Below are positions 10,167-19,872 of a DNA stretch of 64,000 nt, in pieces. Numbering within the stretch: position 1 is the stretch's first letter; each line of letters opens with the position of its first letter. The notes under the pieces were generated by a model that was not told the origin of the DNA, did no database searches, and was given only the letters and a program-made list of their open reading frames with translations. This DNA is from Candidatus Latescibacterota bacterium (GTDB lineage Bacteria; Latescibacterota; UBA2968): the NCBI GenBank assembly GCA_965205975.1, contig OZ242195.1, positions 1,120,001-1,184,000 of the forward strand, written 5' to 3'. Position numbers and translations under genes: made by a program.

Positions 10167-10232
10167 GGGTTGAAAAGTTCCTTTTCGTTTGGTGAGACCA
10201 AATAACAGATAGAATGATAAAACGCAATTTAG

Positions 10233-10250
10233 TTTACAAATGTATGTAAA
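10233..10250. promoter_or_regulatory. palindromic candidate operator in a divergent intergenic region
   Basis: TTTACA-N6-TGTAAA between divergent GH2 and sulfatase genes. Confidence 0.3.
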
Positions 10251-10373
10251 TCAAGTTTTCCAGGAGATTACCGATTATTTGTTTTTAGTATTCTCCTTGA
10301 CACTTCTTCTTGAACGTAGTAGATAAGATCGACAGATCGAATGTCGGCAAAAGGCCATACGACAGGAGGAATT

Positions 10374-11759
10374 ATGGCGCCCAATATTGTTTTGTTTCTT
10401 ACGGATCAGTTGAGACGCGATGCGTTGGGGTGTTATGGCAATGAGATTTGTCAGACGCCCAATCTGGATCGACTCGCAGAGGAGGGTGTGCGATTTGATC
10501 AGGCATATACCACAAGCCCTGTTTGTTCACCTGCACGCGCTTCTTTGATGAGCGGTCTTTATCCGCACAATCACGGGGTGATGCTCAATACGCATATTGC
10601 GCCTGCGTGGAATAGGGGATTGTCAACAGATGTGCCGACGTTTAGCCGTTTGCTCAAAGAGGCGGGGTATGTGCTGGATTATGCGGGGAAGTGGCATGTC
10701 CATCAGGATATGGGACCTGAGGAATACGGCTTTGATCGGCATGAGATGGGGAGGGGAGGACGTGGGCAAATAGTCCCTGGTACAGAACTGACGGTTGAGT
10801 TTCCCGGAAGTTCTTTTCCTGTGGCGGGTACAGGTGAGATGCTACCAGAAGAATACAAAACGTGGCAGGTAACGGATTGTGGGATCGAGATGTTGCGCGA
10901 ACGGGCAGGAGGAGACAAGCCGTTTTTTTTGCGCATTGATGCAACAGCACCTCATTTTGCCAATATTGTGCCGGAGCCTTATGCGTCGATGTACGACCCT
11001 GAATCCATTCCACCCTGGCCAAATTTTGACGAATCCTTTGAAGGCAAACCCGCGGCTCATTTGCGAAAACATCGAGAGTGGAATCTCCAAGATAAAGATT
11101 GGGCGTGGTGGCGACAGGTGGTTGCCAAATATTATAGTGATGTGTCTCTGATCGATACATGCGTGGGGCGCGTGTTGGATGTGATACGGGAATGTGGGAT
11201 TGAGGATAATACGATATTTCTTTTCAGTACAGATCACGGTGATGCCACGGGCAGTCACAAGCATTTTGAAAAATCGGGTACAATGTACGATGAAGTGTTT
11301 CGGATTCCGCTGCTGATGAAAGTGCCAGGGGGTGTGAGTCGCAATGTGTCGCAATTTGTTCGGCTGATGGATTTGATGCCTACATTTGTCGAATGGGGTG
11401 GTGGAAAATTGCCCGATGGATTGGATGCGAGGAGTTTGGTACCGCTTGTGAATGGCGATGATCCCGACGATTGGGCAGATAGCGTGTATTGCGAAAGCCA
11501 CGGTGAGGTGTGGGGATATAGCTCGCAGCGAATGGTGCGGACAGAGAAATGGAAATACGTATATACACCTCATGATCTGGATGAATTATACGATCTCGAA
11601 GCCGATCCCGCGGAGATGAATAATCGAATTGATGACCCGATGTGCGCCGATGTGTTAGAGAATATGAAAGGTCGTTTGTTGGGATGGAATGACGCGACCA
11701 ATGATATGTTTCAATGGCATTGGGTGAGATTCAATTTTCCCGAGCCAATTGCGCCGTAA
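10374..11759 (+). CDS. sulfatase (Cys-type)
   Basis: PNIVLFLTDQ, CSPARASLMSG, GKWH, STDHG; RBS AGGAGG. Confidence 0.93.
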   Translation: MAPNIVLFLTDQLRRDALGCYGNEICQTPNLDRLAEEGVRFDQAYTTSPVCSPARASLMSGLYPHNHGVMLNTHIAPAWNRGLSTDVPTFSRLLKEAGYVLDYAGKWHVHQDMGPEEYGFDRHEMGRGGRGQIVPGTELTVEFPGSSFPVAGTGEMLPEEYKTWQVTDCGIEMLRERAGGDKPFFLRIDATAPHFANIVPEPYASMYDPESIPPWPNFDESFEGKPAAHLRKHREWNLQDKDWAWWRQVVAKYYSDVSLIDTCVGRVLDVIRECGIEDNTIFLFSTDHGDATGSHKHFEKSGTMYDEVFRIPLLMKVPGGVSRNVSQFVRLMDLMPTFVEWGGGKLPDGLDARSLVPLVNGDDPDDWADSVYCESHGEVWGYSSQRMVRTEKWKYVYTPHDLDELYDLEADPAEMNNRIDDPMCADVLENMKGRLLGWNDATNDMFQWHWVRFNFPEPIAP

Positions 11760-11781
11760 ATAACGGAAACAAAGGTAAAGC

Positions 11782-12711
11782 ATGGAATATCGCGAGTTGG
11801 GAAAAACGGGTTTGAAAGTCTCGGTGTTGAGTTACGGGGCATCTGGTTTGGGCAGTATTTATGGAACGCCCGATGAAGCTCGGGGAATCAAAGCTGTGCA
11901 TACAGCAATTGACTGTGGAATCAATTTGATTGATACCTCGCCGCTTTACGGTGGCACAAAATCGGAGCGTGCGCTGGGGAAGGCTTTGAAGGAGATCCCG
12001 CGAGACAAATATTATCTGGCAACCAAAGTTGGACGTTACGCAGGTGGGGTGTCCGATTTTTCAGCCGGACGAATTGTGGAAAGTATGGATGAAAGTCTTA
12101 TGCGACTGGGGTTGGATTATGTGGATATTTTCCAGTGTCACGATATCGATTTTGTCTCGCTGGACCAGATCGTAGAAGAAGCACTTCCCACTTTGCGGCG
12201 GTTGCAAGAACAGGGGAAGACCAGGTTTGTTGGTATCACTGGATTTCCGTTAAAAGTCTATCGATATGTGCTCGATAGGACGGATGTGGATACGGTGCTG
12301 TCGTTTTGCCACTATATGCTACATGATACGTCCTTTGAAATGCTGGTGCCTTATTTAAGGAAAAAGGGCGTGGGGATGATCAATGCTTCACCTTTGGGGA
12401 TGGGACTATTCACTGAACGCGGACCAGCGCCAGGTCACCCCGCTACCGAAAAGATCAAGCGGGTTTGTGCAAAAGCGGTGGCGTTTTGCAAGCAGAAAGG
12501 CGAGAACATTTCTAAGCTGGCTATGCAATTTGGATTGGCCAATCCAGATTTTGCAACGACGCTGGTCGGTACAACACGGCCTGAACATTTGAAAGAGAAT
12601 ATCGAGTGGTTAGAATCGCCGATTGATGAAGCATTACTTGCTGAGGTACTTGAGATCCTGAAGCCGATACAGAACACAACCTGGACGCGTGGACTGCCAG
12701 AGAACAATTGA
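11782..12711 (+). CDS. aldo/keto reductase, L-galactose dehydrogenase-like
   Basis: MEYRELGKTGLKVS, DTSPLYG, ATKVGRY, QCHD, NASPLGMG. Confidence 0.9.
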   Translation: MEYRELGKTGLKVSVLSYGASGLGSIYGTPDEARGIKAVHTAIDCGINLIDTSPLYGGTKSERALGKALKEIPRDKYYLATKVGRYAGGVSDFSAGRIVESMDESLMRLGLDYVDIFQCHDIDFVSLDQIVEEALPTLRRLQEQGKTRFVGITGFPLKVYRYVLDRTDVDTVLSFCHYMLHDTSFEMLVPYLRKKGVGMINASPLGMGLFTERGPAPGHPATEKIKRVCAKAVAFCKQKGENISKLAMQFGLANPDFATTLVGTTRPEHLKENIEWLESPIDEALLAEVLEILKPIQNTTWTRGLPENN

Positions 12712-12725
12712 AAATACAAGTTGAT

Positions 12726-13823
12726 CTATACTGCGTATTGCTCCACCGCTTCGGGGTCCAGTTCCAGGCCCAGACCCGGTTTGTCGGGATTGGGTGACCA
12801 GACGCCATTGACCGGCTCGGAAAATTCTGTGTAGGTTATCCGGTCTGATTCTTCCACCGTGCCGAGGTATTCCACTATTCGTAGATTCGGGGTCGCGCAA
12901 GCCAGGTGCAGGTGAATGAGCTGGTAGGCGTGTGGCGCAACGGGCAGGTTGAAGGCGTGGGCAAGGTGTGCCACTTTCATCCATTCGGTGATGCCGCCGA
13001 CCCGGCCCACATCGGGTTGGACGATATCCGCTCCGCCCCGGGCGATGAGGTCTTTAAAGCCGTATTTGGTGTACTCGTGTTCGCCGGTTGCGATGGGAAT
13101 CGCGGTGGCACGGGCAATGGCGGCCAGGCCTTCGATGTCATCGGCCAGCACGGGTTCTTCAAACCAGCCGATGTTGTATTCCTCAAACGTCTGGGCCATG
13201 CGAATGGCTTGCTTGGCGTAGTACCCATTGTTTGCGTCGATGAGAATCTCTATGTCATCGCCCAGTGCTTTCCGCACCGCGGACAGTCGCGCCAAATCTT
13301 CACCCTCACTTCGCCCAAAATCTTTGCCGACCTTCATTTTGACGGACTTCATGCCGCGTTCTACATAGCTGGCCTGTTCGGCAATTAATTCATCTATGCT
13401 GAAGTGGGTCCAACCGCCGCTACCGTAAACCGGGACGGTGTCCGTATAAGGGCCGAGCAGTTTGTAGAGGGGGGTTTGATAATACCTGGCTTTCAGGTCC
13501 CACAGGGCAATATCGACTGCCGAAAGGGCACAAAAGGCCAGGCCTTTGCGGCCCACCCCGCGTATGCGCCAGAACATGTCGTCCCACAACTGTTCTATGT
13601 TGAGTGGGTCCTGACCTATTAGAATGGGTTTGAGCGACCCTTCGATGATCTCACGGGCGGCCTGTGCGCCTCCTCCGGTGCCCAGTCCTTCCAATCCCTC
13701 GTCGGTGATGATGTGGACAAAGCACTGTGTTCTGCCCTGTTCAAGGTGACGAATGGTGGCGTCCTGGATGCCTGTCAGATGAGGCATCGATAGGACGGTT
13801 GTTTTTACATCTGTAATTTGCAC
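12726..13823 (-). CDS. mandelate racemase/muconate lactonizing enzyme family protein
   Basis: SAVDIALWDL, KMK, DAN, EEP, TGEHE. Confidence 0.92.
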   Translation of the reverse strand: MQITDVKTTVLSMPHLTGIQDATIRHLEQGRTQCFVHIITDEGLEGLGTGGGAQAAREIIEGSLKPILIGQDPLNIEQLWDDMFWRIRGVGRKGLAFCALSAVDIALWDLKARYYQTPLYKLLGPYTDTVPVYGSGGWTHFSIDELIAEQASYVERGMKSVKMKVGKDFGRSEGEDLARLSAVRKALGDDIEILIDANNGYYAKQAIRMAQTFEEYNIGWFEEPVLADDIEGLAAIARATAIPIATGEHEYTKYGFKDLIARGGADIVQPDVGRVGGITEWMKVAHLAHAFNLPVAPHAYQLIHLHLACATPNLRIVEYLGTVEESDRITYTEFSEPVNGVWSPNPDKPGLGLELDPEAVEQYAV

Positions 13824-14000
13824 GGTGATGTTCTCCTGAAGGGTGTTATGATATTATGATCTGCTGCATCTATTTAGACCAGAAGACGCCAACCCGTGTT
13901 CCCATTACTCTGGAAAGGCTGCGTAGTGATATGAAGAATGCCCTTGACAGAAGAGTATGCTTTTTAAATCATATCAAAGAAAGGAGGAGGATAAGATAGA

Positions 14001-14795
14001 ATGAGTGAGACAGCTAATCTACATTGGTCTTTTAACCACGACAGAACAGAGCAGTCTCCAGATTTCTCGCAACAGCTTCGCTCTCTGGTAAAGGGGACGC
14101 TGGAAGCGACTGCCTCCGGGGATCGTGGAGGCGCAGTCACCCGCTATACGATTCTCCCCAACTTCAGGCGTGGCTATAAAGGCCGGACAGAGGATAATGA
14201 CCTGTCCGTGGGCGAGGTGGTGATCCGCCGGACGGTTGAGGATGAGAAGCGCCTGAACTATTCTGTTGTGTACAGAAACGCGGCGAGTGGAGAACTTATG
14301 GATATGAAATTTACATCCAATAGGGATGCATTTCGCACGTTGACTGGCGCCTGGTCTGTGCAAGTAGAGAACTGCGCGGGGGACGGCTACAAGGAATTTG
14401 CCTGCGACGGACGTCTCGAGGAGGACAGCTCTGTTTTCCTTACGGCCAATGGACTGGATTTGCAGGCGGGTTTGGCCGATCTATCCGCACCACTGACCTG
14501 CAACTGGACGCTGTTCGATGTGATTCCCGCGCTTTCAGATGGCTTGCGGGATTCTGGTGAGGCACAGAGGCTGACGATCCTGGAGGATCTCGAAAAAGTC
14601 CGAAACAACGGGCAAGTTCGTTTTCTCGAGTCGTATGATTTGCAGTTGGACAGCGGTTCGGTTGCACTTGATGGATACGCCCTTATTGCAGAAGGGATGA
14701 CGCCTTCTTATTGGTGGCTGGATGCGCGTGGAAGGGTGCTTATCGCGGCCACTTTGTATCAAACCACAATCCTGACTGGAGGCGAAAATGCCTGA
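14001..14795 (+). CDS. hypothetical protein
   Basis: 264-aa ORF with strong RBS (AGGAGGAGG); overlaps the start of the next sulfatase. Confidence 0.75.
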   Translation: MSETANLHWSFNHDRTEQSPDFSQQLRSLVKGTLEATASGDRGGAVTRYTILPNFRRGYKGRTEDNDLSVGEVVIRRTVEDEKRLNYSVVYRNAASGELMDMKFTSNRDAFRTLTGAWSVQVENCAGDGYKEFACDGRLEEDSSVFLTANGLDLQAGLADLSAPLTCNWTLFDVIPALSDGLRDSGEAQRLTILEDLEKVRNNGQVRFLESYDLQLDSGSVALDGYALIAEGMTPSYWWLDARGRVLIAATLYQTTILTGGENA

Positions 14796-16242
14796 TCGGC
14801 CGAATATTCTGTTTATTAATACGGATCAACACACATGGGATGTGGTGTCGGCTTATGGCTACCCTTATGTGAAGACGCCAAATATCGATCGGATCGTACG
14901 CAACGGTGTTTCTTTTATGAGATCGTACTCCACCGATCCCGTCTGCGGACCGACAAGAGCCAGTTGGATGACCGGGCGGTACACTTCAGAATTGGGAACG
15001 CCGTTTAACGGGGGTCATTTGCACGAGGATATCCCGGATCTGGGTCAGGTTCTCAACAGTAATGGCTACCAGGCGTTTCATTCGGGCAAATGGCATGTCG
15101 ATGGACGCGATGTCCGGAATTCGTTTCAACTTCTCTATATCGGGAACCGCCCGATTGGGGCTGGTGGGGGCGAGTACTACGACGGGGCAATTACGCATGC
15201 CGCGATTGATTTCTTGAGTCGATACGATGATTCGGACCCCTTCTTCCTGCAGGTGCCTTATGTAAATCCGCATGACATTTGTCAATGCGAGCACGATCAT
15301 GAAGAGAAGACCATCCCGGACCCCATCGCGCAGGGAATATTGAGCGAAGAGGACCTGCCGCCATTGCCAGCGAATTTCCATTACGATGAACGCGAGACAG
15401 TGGTCCACAAGGTGGCGCGCAGGATGGATGAGTGCCTGATCCACTGGCCGATTTTGCGAAAAGTGCGCCATTGGTCCGAGGTCCAGTGGCGATACCTGAT
15501 GTGGCAGCACCACCGCCTGGTCGAGAAAGTAGATAGCGAAATCGGATTGCTTCTCGAGGCACTGGACAAAAGTCGGTTCCGCGATAACACGTTGATCATG
15601 TTTACCATGGATCACGGGGAGGCGTATGGGCAGCACCAGATGTTTCAGAAATTCTCGCTCTACGAAGCGAGTGTGCGTGTTCCGTTCATTGTCGCTTCTC
15701 TGGGCGACGATCTGGATGTGCCCAAGGATCTTAGGGACGAGGCCCATTTTGTTTCGGGTGTGGATCTGTTTCCCACTGTGTGTGATTATGCAGGTATTGA
15801 TATAGTAGATGGCGTGCAGGGCCTGAGCCTGAAGCCGCTGGTAGAAGGTCAGAACCCTGCGTGGCGGGAGTTTGCGTACATCGAGAGCAATGGCTGGGCG
15901 CGGTCGCTTGTGTTTGATCGCTACAAGTATGTCGGCGAGTATATCCCCTATGGGACGGAGCAAGACCTGGATCCGATTGGACCAGACCCGGACCGAATTG
16001 GGCTGGAACAGGTGTTTGATCTGATCGAAGATCCCGATGAGACGCACAATCTGGCATATCAGCCGGAAATGCGGGACAGGCTCAAAAGATTCAGGCAATT
16101 GATGATGGATTTTGAGGGGCAACTGAATCGGCGAAGGATGACGGCCAAACGGCCTGCTACACAATTGCTCAATTGGGGAACGCAAATTCGGGAATATTGG
16201 GATGCACATCCCGAGTTGGAGGGGATGCGGATACAGTTTTAG
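14788..16242 (+). CDS. sulfatase (Cys-type)
   Basis: PNILFINTDQ, CGPTRASWMTG, GKWH, MDHG. Confidence 0.93.
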   Translation: MPDRPNILFINTDQHTWDVVSAYGYPYVKTPNIDRIVRNGVSFMRSYSTDPVCGPTRASWMTGRYTSELGTPFNGGHLHEDIPDLGQVLNSNGYQAFHSGKWHVDGRDVRNSFQLLYIGNRPIGAGGGEYYDGAITHAAIDFLSRYDDSDPFFLQVPYVNPHDICQCEHDHEEKTIPDPIAQGILSEEDLPPLPANFHYDERETVVHKVARRMDECLIHWPILRKVRHWSEVQWRYLMWQHHRLVEKVDSEIGLLLEALDKSRFRDNTLIMFTMDHGEAYGQHQMFQKFSLYEASVRVPFIVASLGDDLDVPKDLRDEAHFVSGVDLFPTVCDYAGIDIVDGVQGLSLKPLVEGQNPAWREFAYIESNGWARSLVFDRYKYVGEYIPYGTEQDLDPIGPDPDRIGLEQVFDLIEDPDETHNLAYQPEMRDRLKRFRQLMMDFEGQLNRRRMTAKRPATQLLNWGTQIREYWDAHPELEGMRIQF

Positions 16243-16281
16243 TTGGCACAACCACAGATACAAAAAAGAAAGGTTTAGCAG

Positions 16282-17574
16282 ATGAGTAAGACGACAGATG
16301 ACGATATCAAAGAACGGCCGAATATTCTGATTATTTTTACCGATGATCAGGGATATTCGGATCTTGGGTGTTTTGGAAACAAAAAGAACAAGACGCCACG
16401 GCTGGATCTACTGGCGAAGGAGGGCACCCGCTTCACCAGCTTTTACGCCCAGCCGGTGTGCGGTCCGTCGCGGTCGGCATTGCTCACCGGTCGCTATCCA
16501 GTCCGCAGTAAAGGCTGGGGGATGCCCGCCAGTGAGATCACCTTTGCCGAGTTGATGAAACCTTCAGGATACCAGACGGCTTGTATAGGTAAGTGGGATG
16601 TCTCGAACCGGAAGGAAATTATCGAGCGCATGCCGAACGCGCAGGGGTTTGATTATTATTACGGTACTCTTGGCGCAAACGACAATGGGTTTATAAAGCT
16701 TCACGAGAATAACACGGCGGTTGGTGAAACGGAAGACATGAGCTGTACGATTCGCCTGTACACCGATAAAGCGATTGATTTTCTGGAGAATCGCCGAGAT
16801 CCGAACAAGCCGTTTGTGCTCTATCTGGCGCATACGATGTTGCACACGATCATCGATGCATCTCCTGAGTTTAAGGGAAAATCGGCTGGTGGGCTATATG
16901 GGGATGTGGTTGAAGAGTTAGACCATGAGACCGGACGTTTGCTCGACAAATTGGACGCGCTGGGGCTGCGCGACAACACACTGGTGATCTATACTACGGA
17001 TAACGGACCGTGGTGCCAATCCAAGTACTATGAAAACAAGAAAGGCCACCCAGAGGGAGCCATCTTTTGGGGCGATCCCGGGCCGTTGCGTGCCGGTAAG
17101 GGATCCGCTTATGAAGCCGGATCTCGTGTGCCCTGTATTGTCCGCTGGCCGGGTAAAGTCCCGGCTGGGCGCACCTCGGATGCGCTCTGGGCCACGATTG
17201 ATTTAATGCCGACTTTTACCGCACTATCAGGTGTCAAACCGCCGATGGATCGCGTGATTGATGGCATTGATCAGACCGCATTGCTTTTGGGGCAGACCGA
17301 AGAAGGTCGAGAAACTTTTATCTATGATCAGGTGGGAGAAGGCGATGCCAATATGGGCGTCGGTATTAGAAAGAAAAATTGGAAGTTGCTGCTCCCTGGG
17401 CGCAAACCGGAACAAGACCATCGATTTCTGATGGATTTTGGAACAAATGGGCTGGAGTTATACGATCTGGATCGCGACATTGGCGAAAAAAACAACATCG
17501 CAGACGATCATCCTGAAGTTGTGAAAGAACTTCGTGAAACCTTAGACAGTTTTAAAAAAGGTGTAGTGGAATGA
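16282..17574 (+). CDS. arylsulfatase-like sulfatase
   Basis: DDQGYSDLG, CGPSRSALLTG, TDNGP, GKGSAYE. Confidence 0.93.
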   Translation: MSKTTDDDIKERPNILIIFTDDQGYSDLGCFGNKKNKTPRLDLLAKEGTRFTSFYAQPVCGPSRSALLTGRYPVRSKGWGMPASEITFAELMKPSGYQTACIGKWDVSNRKEIIERMPNAQGFDYYYGTLGANDNGFIKLHENNTAVGETEDMSCTIRLYTDKAIDFLENRRDPNKPFVLYLAHTMLHTIIDASPEFKGKSAGGLYGDVVEELDHETGRLLDKLDALGLRDNTLVIYTTDNGPWCQSKYYENKKGHPEGAIFWGDPGPLRAGKGSAYEAGSRVPCIVRWPGKVPAGRTSDALWATIDLMPTFTALSGVKPPMDRVIDGIDQTALLLGQTEEGRETFIYDQVGEGDANMGVGIRKKNWKLLLPGRKPEQDHRFLMDFGTNGLELYDLDRDIGEKNNIADDHPEVVKELRETLDSFKKGVVE

Positions 17575-17590
17575 TGGAAAGGAGTAGAGA

Positions 17591-18382
17591 ATGGGTGCGT
17601 TTTATATCCCCGAAGATGCAGAGGCGCAGTTTGAAGAGCGCGGTTATTTTGTGGTTCGAAATCTGATTTCAGCCCAGGCAGTTGAGGCCGTGCGAAGTGA
17701 ACTTGAACGGGTCATCGCAGAAAAGCCGGAAGGATTCAGATTGACCACTGATCGCGCAGATGACACAGGTGTTGACGGTGATGCGGCGGTATGGGCTGTG
17801 GGTGATCGGGACCTTCATAGCCGGGTGCTTTGGGAGGAGTGGTTGACAGCAGAGAATGTGATTGCAATGAACCAACGCTTTCTGGGTGAGAATGTTCGTG
17901 TGCAAGGCACGCGTTTTTTTACGAAGCAGGCTCGAATCGGCGAATCGGTTCCTTGGCACCAGGACATTTGGTTGTGGGAGCGCGATGCCTCGCGTGGCAT
18001 CAGGCCACACAAGCGCGAACATTTTAATTGTTGGGTGGCTCTGGAGACTGTCGATCTGGAGAATGGGTGTTTGCATGTGATGCCAGGCGCCCACAAAGGC
18101 GACGTGATCGAACACGTGCAGTATGATGGGTTGCACCCAGAGATTCCGCGTGAGTTTTTGAAGGATAAGACGCCTGAACCTGTGCCCTTGGGGCCGGGCG
18201 ATGCTGTGATCTGGCATGCGCATATGTGGCATATGAGTCCACCGAATCCGAGTGATCGCACGCGATGGGGCGGTGTTATGATCACGTTTCGCGAAGAGAT
18301 GGCTGAAAAGGCGAATCAGGCCGATCGGGGAATGCTCATCCGCAATGGGATGGCGTGTTCTTATCCAGGACCGATTCGTTGA
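17591..18382 (+). CDS. PhyH family dioxygenase
   Basis: PWHQD, ENGCLHVMPGAH, WHMSPPN. Confidence 0.9.
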   Translation: MGAFYIPEDAEAQFEERGYFVVRNLISAQAVEAVRSELERVIAEKPEGFRLTTDRADDTGVDGDAAVWAVGDRDLHSRVLWEEWLTAENVIAMNQRFLGENVRVQGTRFFTKQARIGESVPWHQDIWLWERDASRGIRPHKREHFNCWVALETVDLENGCLHVMPGAHKGDVIEHVQYDGLHPEIPREFLKDKTPEPVPLGPGDAVIWHAHMWHMSPPNPSDRTRWGGVMITFREEMAEKANQADRGMLIRNGMACSYPGPIR

Positions 18383-18489
18383 GCCACATCTCCAGTTTTT
18401 CATTTTCAACCAGAGAACCAAATATGGCCGAACAAGAAGATTATACATCTGCCACAGCTTTTTTTAATCCTTAAACCAGTGAGTTGATT

Positions 18490-19671
18490 ATGTCAAAACA
18501 CTTAAATTTAGATGAGCGGCTGCGCGTTCCCTACTCCATCGGCACGGGCATTCCCAACGATGCAGAGATTGAGGGGTATGTGCAATCGCTGCGAACCCAG
18601 GGGTTCTGCGTCATCGAGCGGGTGATTCCCAAAGATCAGGTTGACGCGGTGCGCGAGAGTGTGCACCGGGGTCGCGAGCTGTTGCAACAGGACCGCGAGG
18701 CGGAGCGCCGCAAGCGCATAGAGATAGAGCGTCAGAGAGACCCCGATGCCGAGATCGACGACAGCCCTGAGCGCTTCGAAAGATGGCGCGAGGACCCGGT
18801 GCGGCCACCTATGGCACCGCACGCCGAGTTGTGCGATATCGCGCGGTGCGAGACCTTCGCCGAGTATCTCGCGGAGCCTCGCGTACTGCGGGTTGCCAGA
18901 GCCATGCTCGATACACACATCCGTATTTTGCAGACGGAGGTCAACAAGTCGTCGCGACCGGCTAAGAAACCGCTATCCGAGCAGCAGCTTAAGCACCGCG
19001 GTTGGCATTCTGACTGGCCACACGATCTGAGCGCGTATGGGCCAAACAGCGAGCATCCCTGGAAGCACTGCGGCGCAGTCACCCAGCCCTTCCCCGACGT
19101 CTGCATGGCACTATCCACGGTCTGGTACCTCGGTCCGGAAGACGTGACCCCGTTCAACGGCGGTACGTGGATCGTGCCGGGGTCGCACAAAGACCCGCGT
19201 AACCCGCGAGGTCCCGACGACGGCATCGACGCGCGCGCACCAATTCCGGGAGAATTCCAGGTCTCTGCTCCGGCGGGCTCGGTTTTTATGCAGGACACGA
19301 GGATCTGGCACTCGAGCGGGCTTAACCAGAGCGAACACGAGCGCACGGCGGTGGTGTGCCGATATGGGCCGTGGTGGCTGTCTGGGAATGAGTTTGGCAA
19401 CTTGCACTCGGGCGGCCACACACTAAGGACCTACGTGCCGCGGGAGGTTTTCGCCAGGTTCTCTCCGGAGCTGAAGCTGCTGTATCGGCACATCGCTGAG
19501 GGCGAGCAGGATGTGCTACAGCCCGAGAACCAGCACAAGGCGTTGCGCGCCAGGTTTGTGGATCAACCGGAACTGCGCCATCCGGATCGCATCGGCGACA
19601 ACAGCCACATCGTCGCCGGGGACATGAGCGTTGAGGAATGGGAACGCCGCCGCGTCCAAAACGAGCATTGA
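18490..19671 (+). CDS. PhyH family dioxygenase
   Basis: GWHSDWPHD, NGGTWIVPGSH, WHSSGLN; visibly more GC-rich than neighbours. Confidence 0.88.
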   Translation: MSKHLNLDERLRVPYSIGTGIPNDAEIEGYVQSLRTQGFCVIERVIPKDQVDAVRESVHRGRELLQQDREAERRKRIEIERQRDPDAEIDDSPERFERWREDPVRPPMAPHAELCDIARCETFAEYLAEPRVLRVARAMLDTHIRILQTEVNKSSRPAKKPLSEQQLKHRGWHSDWPHDLSAYGPNSEHPWKHCGAVTQPFPDVCMALSTVWYLGPEDVTPFNGGTWIVPGSHKDPRNPRGPDDGIDARAPIPGEFQVSAPAGSVFMQDTRIWHSSGLNQSEHERTAVVCRYGPWWLSGNEFGNLHSGGHTLRTYVPREVFARFSPELKLLYRHIAEGEQDVLQPENQHKALRARFVDQPELRHPDRIGDNSHIVAGDMSVEEWERRRVQNEH

Positions 19672-19872
19672 GCTTTCTAAACGCAGAATAAATTCGTTCT
19701 GCTGATAGCGGGAAATTGGAGCCTGTGAACGGCCCGGATTGGGCAATCGGATAGCAGGGTGAAAGGAGATTGTGTGCAAAGCTATGATGACCTCTTGATG
19801 GAGGTCTATGAGTCTCGGGAAAAGATGGTTGCGACGAATCCCTGGTGATAAAGGAATGAAGGGAGTAGTGCA

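Noticed and set aside
14986..16263. 425-aa antisense ORF
   Set aside because: Shadow of the sulfatase on the opposite strand; no motifs
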